Part shown: piece by piece, positions 40,540-53,556 of the stretch
Position numbering within the stretch: position 1 is the stretch's first letter
Layout: each line of letters opens with the position of its first letter
NCBI RefSeq assembly: GCF_044704955.1
Contig: NC_091995.1
Location: 17,608,001-17,672,000 of the forward strand
Source: Pristiophorus japonicus
Lineage: Eukaryota
Length of the DNA: 64,000 bases
Reading direction: 5' to 3'
Made by a program: the position numbers and the translations under genes
The notes under the pieces: model-generated
Database searches by the model: none
Told to the model about the DNA's origin: nothing
Seen by the model: only the letters and a program-made list of their open reading frames with translations

Positions 40540-41350
40540 GGTCGAACGGGATGGCTTCAATCTTGCTGATGTTGCATTACAGAAGGTTGTGGGGCACCGA
40601 CGACATGATGCCCAATAGATATATCTGAAAGCATGGGATGGCCATGCAGTGTGGGTAATTAACTCTGGGTCTCATCAGAATACACGTCAAAGTTGGCTCT
40701 ATGTTTGTGGATGAAGTTATGGAATAATAGCATGTTGTTGAGGACAAGAAGCCAATCACGTATGGGCCATTGCCAAATTTGCCACTCACTGGGGTTGACC
40801 ATAGGGAACCAGGAAGAAAAGGAAACCTGTACCGTTGCCTTGGAAGTGTTACTAAGATAGGCATTAACAAAGGGATGAATCACTGAGAGCAGTATGCGAA
40901 ATATGGATCAACTGTGTTGATAGCTGTAGGGTGATGAAGGATATCACACCATGGCTACTAACACAATGGGGTATTACTGAATACCTTAGCCAGAGTACGC
41001 TAGTTGGTGTGGGCCTAAATAGGTGTGGTTAGATTGTTAGGCATTCAGATGCATCTAGGTACCTTGAGAACTTTAGAGATTAATGCATAGCTGAAGGAGA
41101 TAGAAACATCGAGTGTGGACTTTTTGTGAAAGAGGATAACGCGGACAGTTTTTTGCGAGAGGTACAATGCCCGAGGGATTCATTTAAATGAGCCAGTTGA
41201 GTTGTTTTTAGGGGGTCTCTGAGCAGTAGATGGTAAATCTCATGGTGGTCGAAAGTGTGATAAGTACATAGTGAGCAAAGGAGAGCATTGTGGAGCGGGA
41301 ACTGGAGTGTGTTGGGCTTGAGAACGTCTGAGAGATAGAGAGGAAGCAGA
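40540..41350 (-). mobile_element. Ancient L2-type LINE RT relic
   Basis: Decayed - strand translation resembling KKxTLD…SKVL…FRPxxT…LAKVxxxI…TVDx. Confidence 0.45.
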
Positions 41351-42558
41351 AAGCAAGGGTGGCCGAAAGGATAAATGTAAGTGTAGTGTTATTCCAATAC
41401 AGTGGCTGCTGCCAATTTTGCTAAATATTTCTATTCACTTGTGATTCGGGGATCTACATATTAAAACATGATGTGCGAACAAGTATGAAAACGTGTGATA
41501 TGCAGTGAAGAAAGCTTAGTGATTTGAAGAGAATCATAGAATGGTTACAGTACCGAAAGGTGCCATTCGGCCCATCGATCCCTGTTCGGCTCTATGCAAG
41601 AGCAGTTGAGCTAAGCCTTGACGAGTTGCTACAGGAAATCTTGTAGATTTGTAAACACTGTAAATCTTGTAAACACTGCAGCTATAGTTCGCCGATGGAG
41701 CAGGGAGTGAATGCTGAAGATGATGGATGGGGTAAAACATTATGGATCCAGGTAAGATGGATGCAGAAAATACCATGGCGCTATTGGAAGAAGAGCAAGG
41801 AGCTTTCCAGTGTTCCCCTCAAATTATGCACACCTCCCCTCAAAAGATCATCAACTGATTCTTTATCTCATTTGCTGCCTGAGGAACCTTACTTGTTGCA
41901 AGGCTGTTGCTGTGTTTAACTGCAAAGCAGCTGTGACTGTCGGGTGGAACTTTGCCTTTACCGCCTGGGAGTTAAGCCTGGGAGGAGAAAAGGAGAACGG
42001 TTGGTTGGGATCTTCGCACTGCAGTAACAGAAGTCGCTGGATTTTCCATTCATCAAAATCAATGGAAGGAATTTCCAGTGGATTCTGTTGGAAGCTTTGG
42101 AACCATGACATTTTCATTCATGATTTCCCCCGATGATGCTTAATGCCTAAACATTGAATACAAAAATCTACCCATATCTGTCGAAACGTAGTTAGGTGGA
42201 TAGAGCTTTCAGTCGTCCGGCAAAGTGATAATTTCCTGGAGGAGGTGGTACTTCCGATCTCCTAGCGTGACTTGGCTGGAGGTTCAGCAGAACCCTGCTT
42301 CAGGGAAAAACGCGCAGAAGTTATCCTTTCCCTTGAATTTAATGTAAAGGTTTCATTTCAATAAAAGGAATAATGGAAAAATCAACAGGGACACCTGACT
42401 TGGGTCAACTGAGTAGAACCTTTAGTACGAAAATATCAAATACTATATAAGATTATGATGAAATGTAAGCAGACTTGTGATGAAACTACGTTGATTGAAC
42501 ATTAACCAGTGTGAACGCAGAACATGTTGGTTTCTATTTTAAAAGATGCATGAATCTG

Positions 42559-42564
42559 TTTATT
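42559..42564 (-). promoter_or_regulatory. Candidate polyadenylation signal of gene D
   Basis: AATAAA on the - strand ~290 nt after the stop codon. Confidence 0.5.
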
Positions 42565-42852
42565 TTCTCAGATAGCACGTCCCTAAGAATAGGGGACCAA
42601 AGCATTTCATAAAAATGTGATAAATGTTCTCAACTAATAATACAGAGCCTAATGGTACATTTTTGGAGATTTTAAGTCCTTGCAATTGAATCATTTCCAT
42701 GGAAGGTTCTTCGATCATCCGCAGTTGAAGATCCTGGAGGACCCCGCGTTTCCGCCAAAGTTATGGTGGGAGAGCGGGACAACTCTGCAAACATTGCACC
42801 CACTAGTCCATCGGGGGCACCTCATCATTGGGACGGATTGTGATGGCTCCGC

Positions 42853-42960
42853 TTACTTCACCGAAACGTACAGAACCGCTTCTCGATTCACGCAGCGTCC
42901 TGTTTGATCGTTCTCCTGCAGATTAAGCGTGGCATATTGCAATTTGTCACCGCCCCCTCT
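42853..42960 (-). CDS. Gene D exon 7: terminal cytoplasmic exon with two ITIMs
   Basis: Acceptor ttttatcctaatag|AGA, phase 0. RGGGDKLQYATLNLQENDQTGRCVNREAVLYVSVK*; LQYATL and VLYVSV both fit (I/V/L/S)xYxx(L/V). Confidence 0.88.
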   Translation of the reverse strand, partial: RGGGDKLQYATLNLQENDQTGRCVNREAVLYVSVK

Positions 42961-43924
42961 CTATTAGGATAAAAGTGATTCAGTGTTCAATATTATAAAG
43001 TGAATGGAGTGCTTGGCATCAAACATAGTGCAATGTTTAACATTGACATGTTGTGCAGTCTCAATTGAATAGAATTCACTCCGCTGAACATTATACATAT
43101 AATTAGAATATGACTGCGCCTCTCAAATATTGTAACAGGATAGAACACATCATCCTAAATATTCCTGTTCTTTTGAATATATTTCAGCCTGTCACGGATT
43201 TCATAAGTTAAATAAACAAACAAGGGGAAATAGTTTACCTAAATAGCGGATAATTACAAGTATAAAGTTAAAATCCTCGTACTTAGAAGCAATTCACAAT
43301 TCACATTTAATGAATTCACGAACAGTGGTACAGTCAGCATCTGGGAAAGATAGAGTGACATTTGGGAATAACTGTTCAGGAGAACTTTCCGTTCGAATGA
43401 AAGGTCCCAGCCCAACGGCTACCCTGTGTTTTCTCTTTCAGGTGCTGACCTACTTTGCATTTTCTGTTTTGACTTCAGATTTCCAGCATTTCCTGGTTTC
43501 CTTCTTTGCTCGAAATTAAATGATGTTTATTTTTGTATGTGTGTGTGTGTTTGTATAGAAACCTGGGGTCCCTACTTTGGGATCTATGTTATGCATCCTC
43601 TGTGACCCTGCATGTCGGTGTGTGCCTATTTGTATTTGCGAGTGTCTGTGAGTGTGTCTTTCTTTATGTGTGCAGGCGTTTGAATTCTCAGATGGTCAGA
43701 TATAATTTCCTGCTCTCCGTCAAATAATAAATATTATTTTAGTCCCCGGCTCTAATGGAATATGATTTTCAACTTGCCGTGCCTGTGTGGAAAATTGGCA
43801 TTCGGGATGGGTCGCACTGCTAGCTTTACACCTGTGTTGAGAATCTACCCCACAGCTTGAAGAAGAAACGTTGAGGCCGATCAAACTCGTTTCTTTTTTA
43901 GATTGTTACACCCCATGGAGAGAA

Positions 43925-45990
43925 CCGTGGGGAAGGTAGCTCAACCGTGGCTAACAAGGGAAATTAGGGATAATGTTACATCTAAGGAAGAGGCATATAA
44001 ATTGGACAGAACAAGCAGCAAACCTGAAGACTGGGAGAAATTTAAAATTCAGCATAGCAGGACAAAGGGTCTAATTAGAAGGGGGAGCATAAAGTATGAG
44101 AGGAAGCTTGCAGGGAACATAAAAACGAACTGCAAAAGCTTCTATAGATATGTGAAGAGAAAAAGATTATTGAAGACCAACGTGGGTCCCTTGCGGTCAG
44201 AATCAGGTGAATTTATAATGGGAAACAAAAAATGGCAGACCAATTGAGAAAATACTTTGGATCTGTCTTCACTCAGGAAGAAACAACTACCTTCCGGAAA
44301 TACTTGGGGTTCGAGAGTCTAGCGAAAAGGAGGAACTGAAGGAAATCTTTATTAGTCAGGAAATTATGTTAGGGAAGTTGATGGGATTGAAGGCCGATAA
44401 ATCTCCAGGGCCAAATAGGCTGCATCCCAGAGTACTTAAGGAAGTGGCCCTAGAAATAGTGGATGCATTGGTGATCAGTTTACAACATTTTATTGACTCT
44501 GAATCAGTTCCTATGGACTGGCGTGTAGCTAATGTAACGCCACTTTTTAAAAAAGGAGGGAGAGAGAAAACGGGAATATATGGACCAGATAGCCTGACAT
44601 CGGTGGTGGTGAAAACGTTGGAATCAATTATTAAAGATGTAATAGCAGCGGATTTGGAAAGCAGAGACAGGATCGGTCCAAGTCAGCATGGACATATGAA
44701 AGGGAAATCATGCTTGACAGATCTTCTAGAATTTTTTGAGGATGTAACTAGTAGAGTGGACAAGGGAGAACCAGTGGATGTTGTGTATTTGGACTTTGAA
44801 ACTGCTTATGACAAGGTCCCACACAAGTGATTAGTGTGCAAAATTAAAGCACATAGTATTGGGGGTAATGTGTTGATGTGGATAGAGAACTGGTTGGCAG
44901 ACAGGAAGCAGAGAGTCCGAATAAACGGGTCCTTTTCAGATTGGCAGGCAGTGACCAGCGGGGTGCCGCAGGTTCAGTGTGGGACCCCAGCTATTTACCA
45001 TATACATCAATTATTTAGATGAAGGAATTGAATGTAATAGCTCCACATTTGTTGATGGCACTACGCTGGGTGGCGGTGGGAGCTGTGAGGAGGATGCTAA
45101 GTGGCTTCAGGATGACTTGAACAGGTTAGGTGAGTGGGCAAATGCATGGCAGATGCATAATAATGTGGATAAATGTGAAGTTATCCACTTTGGTGGCAAA
45201 AACAGGAAGACAGAATGTTATCTGAATGGTGACAGATTAGGAACAGGGGAGGTGCAATGAGACCTGGGTGTCATGGTACATCAGTCATTGAAGTTTGGCA
45301 TGCAGGTACAGCAGGCGGTGAAGAAGGCAAATGGCATGTTGGCCTTCATAGCTAGAGGATTTGAGTCTAGGAGCAGGGAGGTCTTATTGCAGTTGAACAG
45401 AGCCTTGGTGAGGCCACACCTGGAATATTGTGTTCAGTTTTGGTCTCCTAACCTGAGGAAGGGAAGGACGTTCTTATTAGTGAAGGAGTACAGCGAAGGT
45501 TCACCAGATTGATTCCCGGCATGGCAGGACTGACATATGAGGAGAGACTGGATCAACTGGGCTAGTATCCACTGGTGTTTAGAAGAATGAGAGGGGATCT
45601 CATAGAAACATATAAAGTTCTGATGGGATTTGACAGGTTAGAGGATGGTTGAAAATTCCCGGTGCTGGGAATTCCAGAACCAGGGTCACAATCTAAAAAT
45701 AAGGGGTAAGACATTTAGGACCGAGATGAGGAGAAACTTCTTTACTCAGAGTGTGGTTAACCTGTGGAATTCTCTAACGCAGAAAGTTGTTGAGGCCAGT
45801 TCGTTAGATATATTCAAAAGGGAGTTAGAAATTACCCTTACGGCCAAATGGATCAAGGGATATGGAGAGAAAGCAAGAAAGGGGTACTGAGGTTGAATGA
45901 TCAGCCATGATCTTAGTGAATGGTGGTGCAGGCTCGAAGCGCCGAATGCCCTGCTCCTGCACCTAATTGCTATGTTTCTATGTTTCTAAC
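43925..45990 (+). mobile_element. CR1 LINE, ~2 kb, 5'-truncated, in the last intron of gene D (antisense)
   Basis: Consecutive RT ORF fragments 43903..45890 and a tatgtttcta tail. Confidence 0.95.
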
Positions 45991-46079
45991 TATTTATATT
46001 ATAATCTACGTGGAAAAGTAAACAAGAGGTCAGTTGTTTTAAAAATAACATAAATGGCCCAAGTCATTGTGCTACATAC

Positions 46080-46120
46080 CTGATTTGGTCTTCTGTACTC
46101 GGAGCTGTCATTATTCTCCT
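46080..46120 (-). CDS. Gene D exon 6: cytoplasmic (EENNDSSEYRRPNQ)
   Basis: ttttctgtgctttatag|AG … CAG|gtatgt; 41 nt, phase 1-0, which links exon 5 to the ITIM exon in frame. Confidence 0.78.
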
Positions 46121-46137
46121 CTATAAAGCACAGAAAA

Positions 46138-46580
46138 AGTAAGACTTGCATTTATACAGCGTCTTTCATGACCATCGGACGTCACAAGCGCTATACAGCG
46201 AAAAAAGTATTCTTTTTGAAGTATAGTTACTTTTTAATGTAGGCAACGCGGCAGACATTTTGCACACAGAAACGTGATCATGACCAGATAATCTGTTTTA
46301 CCGATGTTGATTGCAGGATAAATATTGGACAGGAGTTAATAACTCCCCTGCTCTTCTTCGAAATAGTGCCTGGGATCTTTTACGTCCACATGGAATAGCA
46401 TACAGGGATTCGCTTTAACGTCTCATCTGAAAGGCAGCATTCCCCCCACCAACCCTATCACAGCGCTCCCTCAGTACTACACTGGCAGTGTCAGTTTAGA
46501 TTTTTGTGCTACAAGTCCCTGGAGTGTGACACAAACCTACAAACTTCCGACTCAGAGGCGAGGGTGCTACCCACTGAGCT
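46138..46580 (-). mobile_element. Deu-domain tRNA SINE
   Basis: Reverse complement of head, core and tail; its 3' end abuts the exon 6 acceptor. Confidence 0.8.
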
Positions 46581-47975
46581 ACGGGAAATTACCCTGCCTA
46601 ATTTAATTTACTTGAACTATGTATGTATACAATACAGCATACGGTGCCATACCTATAGTACTGTGTGTTTTATACTGTTACAGAATCCAGCATAACACGG
46701 TAGAAAACAGAACACCATGACAAAATTGCAGTCGGAAGTACTGCATTGCACAACAATAAAACAATTCAATTAGTATGTTCCAACATACTCTATCACACAA
46801 TATAAAACAGCGTAAGTTTTATCTGTTTAACTGTTTATTTAAACTGGTGAGCAAAGCAATTTGATATGAGCACAACAAGCGTATGAGTAGAGAGTGACGT
46901 AACGTCTAATCTATTATAATATTTGATATATAATTAGAACGTACAATATAATATTATGCATTAATTTCACAAAAAATTAGCATGTGTTAAGAAAATCTTA
47001 TAAAATATTATATTGCCATATCCCTTAACACCTCAAATTGACTTTGTGACCAAGATGCCTAACAAGTGTTACTTAGTAGCCGTTCTAGAAGCAAGAGTTA
47101 TTGAATCAAAGAATCACACAGCACAGAAGGAGGCTACTCGGCTCACCCTGCCCATACCGACTCTCTGAAGGGGCTAATAATTAGTCCCACTCCCCCTGCT
47201 CTTTCCCCATAGCCCTGAAAAAAATCCCTTTCTAAAGTAGTTGTCGAATTCTCTTTTGAAAGTTATTTTTGGATCTGCTCTCACCAATATTTCTGGCAGT
47301 GAATTCCAGATCATAACCACTCACTGAGTAAAGAAAAACATCTCCTCAACTCCCCACCTGGCTGTTTTATGCCAGTTATCTTAAATATGTGTCCTCTGGT
47401 TGCCAGACAGAACACACTAAAACAAAACATTCATTCACGGGATGTGAGCTTTGCTAGCAAGGCCAGTATTGATTGCCCATCCCTAATTGCCCTTGAGAAG
47501 GTAGCGACAATCCACCAATTCAGAGAGCAGTTAGGAGTCAACGACATTGTTGTGGGTCTGGAGTCACATTAAAGCCAGACCAGGTAAGGACAGCAGATGT
47601 AATTCCATAAAGATACATTTCACAATAGTGAACCAAGTGGGTTTTTATGACGATCTGGAAAGTACTAGCTTTTTATTCCAGACTTATTTCATTTTATTGA
47701 ATTTAAATTCCCCAGCTGGCCTGGTGAGATGTGAACACATGTCGCTGGATTATTAGTCCAGACTTCTATTATTTTTAGGCCAGTAACATATCCACTATGC
47801 TAACGTACCCGCTAAATAATCAGACAGAACAATAATGGACTTTTGGTCAATGGGTGATAACTGATGGATAAGGAACTTAACCAGATTATTAATTAAAATC
47901 AAATGAAATCGAAGGTGTAAATGTTGGGTGTCTACTAAAAGTGACAGGTTGTGAACAGTTCTTTCTGTTACCCAC

Positions 47976-48010
47976 CTGTTTCACGGATCATTGCGTAGAG
48001 CGGATCTGGT
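47976..48010 (-). CDS. Gene D exon 5: cytoplasmic (RPDPLYAMIRET)
   Basis: ccttttttgcttcag|A … G|gtgggt; 35 nt, phase 2-1; contains YxxI. Confidence 0.78.
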
Positions 48011-48115
48011 CTGAAGCAAAAAAGGACATTCGAAAAGTTAGACATTCAAAGAAATAAAATACATTGAAGAAAAAGAAAGTAGATTTTTTAAAAGTAGTTC
48101 TATATAAATAATTAC

Positions 48116-48137
48116 CTCGTGGATTGCTGAGCAGCGA
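48116..48137 (-). CDS. Gene D exon 4: cytoplasmic micro-exon (VAAQQST)
   Basis: tctttatcttcccctcctcatag|TC … AG|gtaatt; 22 nt, phase 1-2. Confidence 0.75.
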
Positions 48138-48468
48138 CTATGAGGAGGGGAAGATAAAGATAGAACAGTTAAACAGCTGAGGTTATTGATTACTTCAGTC
48201 GCTTCTTACAGATATAATTGGTATCGAATGAAATGAATCACATTTTGTGGGCAATTTTAACCAAACCCACGGAGGAACAGATAGGATCGGGTGCAACGTT
48301 GGTTTCACACTCCGCCTGATTTTGAAATCAGCTGGCGAGCAATATTGAGCGGAATTGGACCCGTCGTTTCATTCGATTCCGTTCATTTCCCACCCGGTGA
48401 GTTAAAATGATTACCAAAGAATTTACCAACACCATGGAATTCAATAGAGTTACAATTAATGCTGTTAC

Positions 48469-48597
48469 CTCTCTTACGATGCCGGCTAACAACCACTACA
48501 ATGACTATGATGATGATCAGGAGAGGCACCGCTCCCGCTGCATAGACGAGTGGCCTGATCTTTGGTTTGGACTGGCCGTTTATGCCCTCTCCACCAT
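48469..48597 (-). CDS. Gene D exon 3: stalk + uncharged TM + basic stop-transfer
   Basis: tttactcacag|AT … G|gtaaca; 129 nt, phase 1-1; DGGEGINGQSKPKIRPLVYAAGAVPLLIIIIVIVVVVSRHRKR. Confidence 0.9.
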
Positions 48598-50065
48598 CTG
48601 TGAGTAAATGTAAAGCTTAATTGTGAGACAGAGCAGTCAAGAGCGGGGAAATGTTCACATTGTGATTAAGCATCAGCAAATGGGACACGGATTCTAATCC
48701 CTTTTGATATGGGCGGCTATATTCATACTTAACACTGACATACATCAAACTAGGCCATCGATTAAAATGCAGAATATCACCGGTGGTCAACTGGACAGTT
48801 TCCTCCCCTTGAAGTAACACTGGGAAAATGTTAATGTTGGGATGCTTAATGGGTTGATGCCAATTTCATTTATTTTAAATGGGAAGGGCGGAGTGAGGGG
48901 GGGGGGGCGTGGGGCGGGGCGGGGTGTTCCCTTATTATAGGAAAAGGGTTATGCCATTTAAACTCTCAAGCCCGCGCCACCATTCATTAAGATGATAGCT
49001 GGTTTGCAATCTAACTCCATATTCCTCAGTACCTTTATTTCACAGAAGCTATCAATCACAGATTTAAAATTTGCGATTTAGCCAGCATCAATTGCCATTG
49101 TTCGAAAGAGAGAGCCAAACTTCTACCTCACTTTGTGTGTCGAAGTGTTTCCTAATTTCGCTCTTGAAAAGTCTGCTTCTAAATTTTAGACTATGCCCGC
49201 GGTCCTACATTCCACAACTAGCTGAAATAATGTATCTCTATTTTTCCTATCTGCTCCCCTTAATATCTTGAGAATGTTGCCTCTCCCGCCGAGTTTTCCT
49301 GAGTTCACTAGACCCTGGAGATGCATGCGGCCTCGAGCACGAACGATAAAATTGTTTCCTCATAATTAAGGGATCCTTATGACAAAGCGAACATCTAGAT
49401 ATTAGATGGCCGAATCTGGAAGGTCTACGTAGTTTTTTCGTGGACTCATCTTTGCATTTAGATGGAGCGCAATGTGTTAATTTCTATTACACACGTAACT
49501 CTATCTTCCTCTACCTCCATTTACAGGATGGCAGTGAAATCTAACTTATCATTGACGTGTTGATTTGTGTATTCCTAATATTGGCACGCTGCAATTTCAA
49601 GGCTCATGTGTTGCTATTCGTCTTGCATACTTTAACTCGGTTGACTAGTTATCTATAGTCCTACCTAAAATGATGCACAACTGAATTTAATTAATATCGT
49701 CCATTTATATATTCTAAAAATTCATTCTCAGGATGCAGGGGTCACTGGCCGGGCTGGCATTTATTGCCCACCCTATTTGCTCTTGAGAAGGTATTGGTGG
49801 GAATTCTTCTTGAACCGCTGCAGTCCGAGAGGCGATGGTGCTCCCACAATGCTGTTAGGAAGGAGTTCCAGGATTTCGAAAGGAACCGGTGGTGTTCCCA
49901 TGTACGTACAGCCCTTATCCTTCGAGGTGGTGGAGTTCGCGGGTTTGGGAGTTCGAATTGGACTAATGGATCATTTACCTATATTGCCAATATTACTCCC
50001 TCGAAAAATCCCATGTGAATGCGTGCAATTTCATTATAAGATTATCTCCACCAACCCAAACTTAC

Positions 50066-50422
50066 CCTGGTCTTGGTCACCACGTTCCACGGTCACAGTT
50101 GTGCCGATTCCGTATGCTTCACCGATTCCCATGAGCTGCACTTTGCAAAGGTAGAACCCTGTATCTTCTGGTTTCAGCTGGATTATTCTAATGGACGCGT
50201 TTTTCCTCTGGCAGAAATCCTCCTTACTTGCTCTGAAAACCCTTCCTCTGTATTCCGCTGTATTGTTGGAAACTTCATTTCCCTGTTTTGAACCTCGAAA
50301 CCAGCTGTAGCCGCCGACTCTTGCTGTACCTTCATACGTGCACATCAGGTCCGCTGTCTGACCCACGGTTTTGGTGAGCGATTGCGGCCTCTGAAATACT
50401 GTGATGTTTCCAACAGTAACTG
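50066..50422 (-). CDS. Gene D exon 2: NKp30/NCR3-like VJ-type Ig V domain
   Basis: ttttacccacttacag|CA … G|gtaagt; 357 nt, phase 1-1. AVTVGNITVFQRPQSLTKTVGQTADLMC…GGYSWFRG…EVSNNTAEYRGRV…ASIRI…EDTGFYLCKVQLMGIGEAYGIGTTVTV. Confidence 0.92.
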
Positions 50423-50916
50423 CTGTAAGTGGGTAAAACAGACGATATATAAATAAGCAGTGGACCTCTTTGCCTTAAAACACGGCGCAGAAGGACTGGT
50501 TTTAATTAATGATTGTTCTGAGGACTTTTGCGGAGGTCTTAATGATCATTAATTGGGGGTATAATAACAGAAAATTCTGGAAGTACTCAGCAAGACAGGC
50601 AGCATCTGTGGAGACAGCGAAGTTAATGTTCCAGATCGATTAACTTTCGCCAGGTTTTAAGCAGGTGCAAGGGGCAGTGAAAGAGGGGAGCGGAAGAAAG
50701 AACAAAAGGGAAGGTCTGTGATAGGATGGAAGGCAGGACACATTAGCTGACAAAAGGGATGGTGTTGCAAGGCATAAGGAGATAGTAATGGCACGAGTAA
50801 AGAAACAAAATATATGAGTCCAGAAGATGTATAATTGAGGGATATTGGAGGGAGAAATGGAGTGCCTTCGATTTTGGCTGCACTCCTTGGTCAAGCACAA
50901 AATGGATCTGGTACAA

Positions 50917-51893
50917 CTCGTTTGGTTGGATAACAAAAAAAAACAGTTAAGTAAAGTGCACTCCAATTTGGGGGACACTCCAAACATTTTTCAACTGCCC
51001 TTTTTTTGACATTTTTGGGGGGTTTTTTTGTGATTTTTTGGGGGCAATAAAATCATAAATTTTACAAGTGCCCCCTATAAAAGGGGAGGGGGATACTAAA
51101 AATCCGGCAATAAGCACATTAAACTTTAAAACATGTAAAATCAAATTAAAATTTGATTGCCGGGGGTGATAATGCACTCCAGTCCCTCCGACGCCCACCT
51201 CTCACAGAAGACCGCGAGCGTACCAGTGGACACCGCGTGCTCCATCTCCAAGGACACCCTGGCGCAGATGTACGCACGGAAGAAAGGCAGGCAGTCAGGC
51301 TGAACGACCCCCTCGACCGCCCGCTGCCTGGACCGGCTGACGGCACCCTTGGCCGTGCCCAGGAGCAGTCCTACGAGGAGGCCCTCGGACCTACCCGCTC
51401 CCCTCCGCACAGGGTGCCCAAAGATCAGGAGTGTGGGACTGAAGTGCAACCAGAAATTGAGGAGCAGCCCCTTTAAATAATGAAACAGGGGCTGCAACCT
51501 CGCACACTCCATAAAAACATGGAACACGGACTCTTCCAGACTGCAGAAATTGCAGGCGGCCTGTGAGCCCGTGAACCGACTTAAAAATTTATTGCACGGG
51601 ACTGCTCCGTGCACCATCCTCCAGGCCAAGTCCCCGATAAATAATGGGAGGACTCCCGCATAGAGTGCACTCCATCGAGGACCCCTGCCTCCTCCGGATG
51701 GCAAGATGGTACGCCATGGCGTGTCCGGACGGCAGACGAGGATGGCAAGTTTGAGAGTGTGCAGGAGCAGCCCGTACAGGAAACCCCTCCGCGCAGAACT
51801 GAAAGGCATGGAGGGGATTTCCCCGAGGCGGCTCAAGTTGTGAGGCGCCGGCTCCCGAGGGAGGTTCCGGGGTTTCGCGCCGATGAGGAATTC
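50917..51893 (-). mobile_element. Tx1-clade (L1 group) non-LTR retrotransposon, 5'-truncated, with 14-bp target-site duplication
   Basis: ORF 51141..51836: GDLAWRMVHGAVPCN…CNFCSLEESVFHVFMEC (CCHC zinc finger)…LLIFGHP…LLLGTAK. TGGATCTGGTACAA flanks it at 50903-50916 and 51894-51907. Confidence 0.85.
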
Positions 51894-52299
51894 TGGATCT
51901 GGTACAATGTACCTCTGATGCTTTCCAAATAATAAGCATTAACTTTAATTTTATTTCCCCTGATTGCACCGGCCTGGTATATATAGGAACATTTAAACAT
52001 AAGAATTAGAAGCAGGAGTAGACCACATGGCCCGTCGAACCTGCTCCGCCATTTAATGAGGCAATGGCTGATCTTCTCCCTCATCTCCACTTTCTCGCAC
52101 TATCCCCATATCCCTTGATTCTCTTAATATCCAATAATCTATAGATCTCTGTCTTGAATACATTCAAAGACTGAGCTTCTACACCCTCTGGGGTAGAGAA
52201 TTCCAAAGATTCACTACATTCTGAGTGAAGAAGTTTCTCCTCAACTCAGTCCGAAATGGCCGACCCTATATCTGAGACTGTGATCCCCTGGTTCTAGTA

Positions 52300-53556
52300 T
52301 AATTAAGAAGTTTGCAGACGACACTAAAATTGGCTGTGCGGTTGATAATGAAGAGGAAAGTCATGGGCTGTAGGGGGATATCAATCTACTGGTCAGGTGG
52401 GCAGAGCAGTGGCAAATGGAATTTAATTCAGAGAAGTGTGAAGTGATGCACTTTGGGAGGGCTAATAAGGAAAGGGTATACACATTAAGCGGTAGGCAAC
52501 TTAATAGTGTAGATGAACAAAGGGACCTTGGAGTGCTTGTCCACAGATCCCAGAAAGTAGCAGGCCAGGTGGATAAGGTGGTTAAGAAGACATACAGAAT
52601 GATTGCTTTTATTAGCCAACACATAGAATATAAGAGCAGGGAGGTTATGCTTAAATTGTATAATACTTTTGTTAGGCCACAGGTGGAGTACTGTGTGCAG
52701 TTCTGGTCGCCTTATTATAGGAAGGACGTGATTGCACTAGGGGGAGCAGAGGAGATTTACTAGGATGCTGCCTGGAATGGAGAATCTAGTTATGAGGACA
52801 AATTGGATAGGCTGGCTTTATTTGTATTTCAACAGAGGAGGTTGAGAGGAGACCTTATCGAAGTGGAGAAAATATTGAGGGGCCTGGACATACTGGAGTG
52901 TAAGGGCCTATTTCCAATGGTGGATGCGGCTATTACGAGGGACCATAGTCTTAAGGTGGTTGGTGGAAGGTTTAGAGGAGATTTGATGTTGAGCTTCTTT
53001 ATGCTGAGGGTTTTGGGGATCTGGAACTCACTGCCTGGAAGAGTGATGGATGCAGAAACCCTCACCACTTTTAAGAGATGGTTGGATGGGCACTTCAAGT
53101 GCAGTAACCTGCAGGGTTACGGACCTAGAGCTGGTATTTGGAATTAGACTGGATGACATTTTGGTGGACGGCGCAGATATAATGGTAAATGCTGCAGGGA
53201 ATAGAAGACGGCCAGGGTTATCTCCTGGACTAGGTTCGATCACCTAGATAGGTCGGAGAGGAAATTTTCCAGATTTTTTCTCCCAAAATTGGCCTGGGTT
53301 TTTTTTCTGGTTTTTGCCTCTCCCAGAGGATCAAATGGCTCCGTTTGGGGTGGAGTGTAGAATGTTTCATTCTAAGGGGTGTCGCAGTTGTATGAGCTGG
53401 ACTGGGTGCTCTTTGCCTTTCCGTCATTGTTCATAGGTTATATTTAACCTTTAGGGCTGCTGACAAAGGACCGTGCGGCTCTTTGTTGGCCGGCGCAGAC
53501 ACGATGGGCCGAAATAGCCTCATTCATGCGCTATAATTTGCTATGTTTCCATGTTT
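52300..53556 (+). mobile_element. CR1 LINE 3' end nested inside a - strand CR1 (~51995-52298 and 53557-53905)
   Basis: KFADDTK…WQMEFNSEKCEVMHFG…RPQVEYCVQFWSP; the host element resumes after the tail. Confidence 0.9.
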
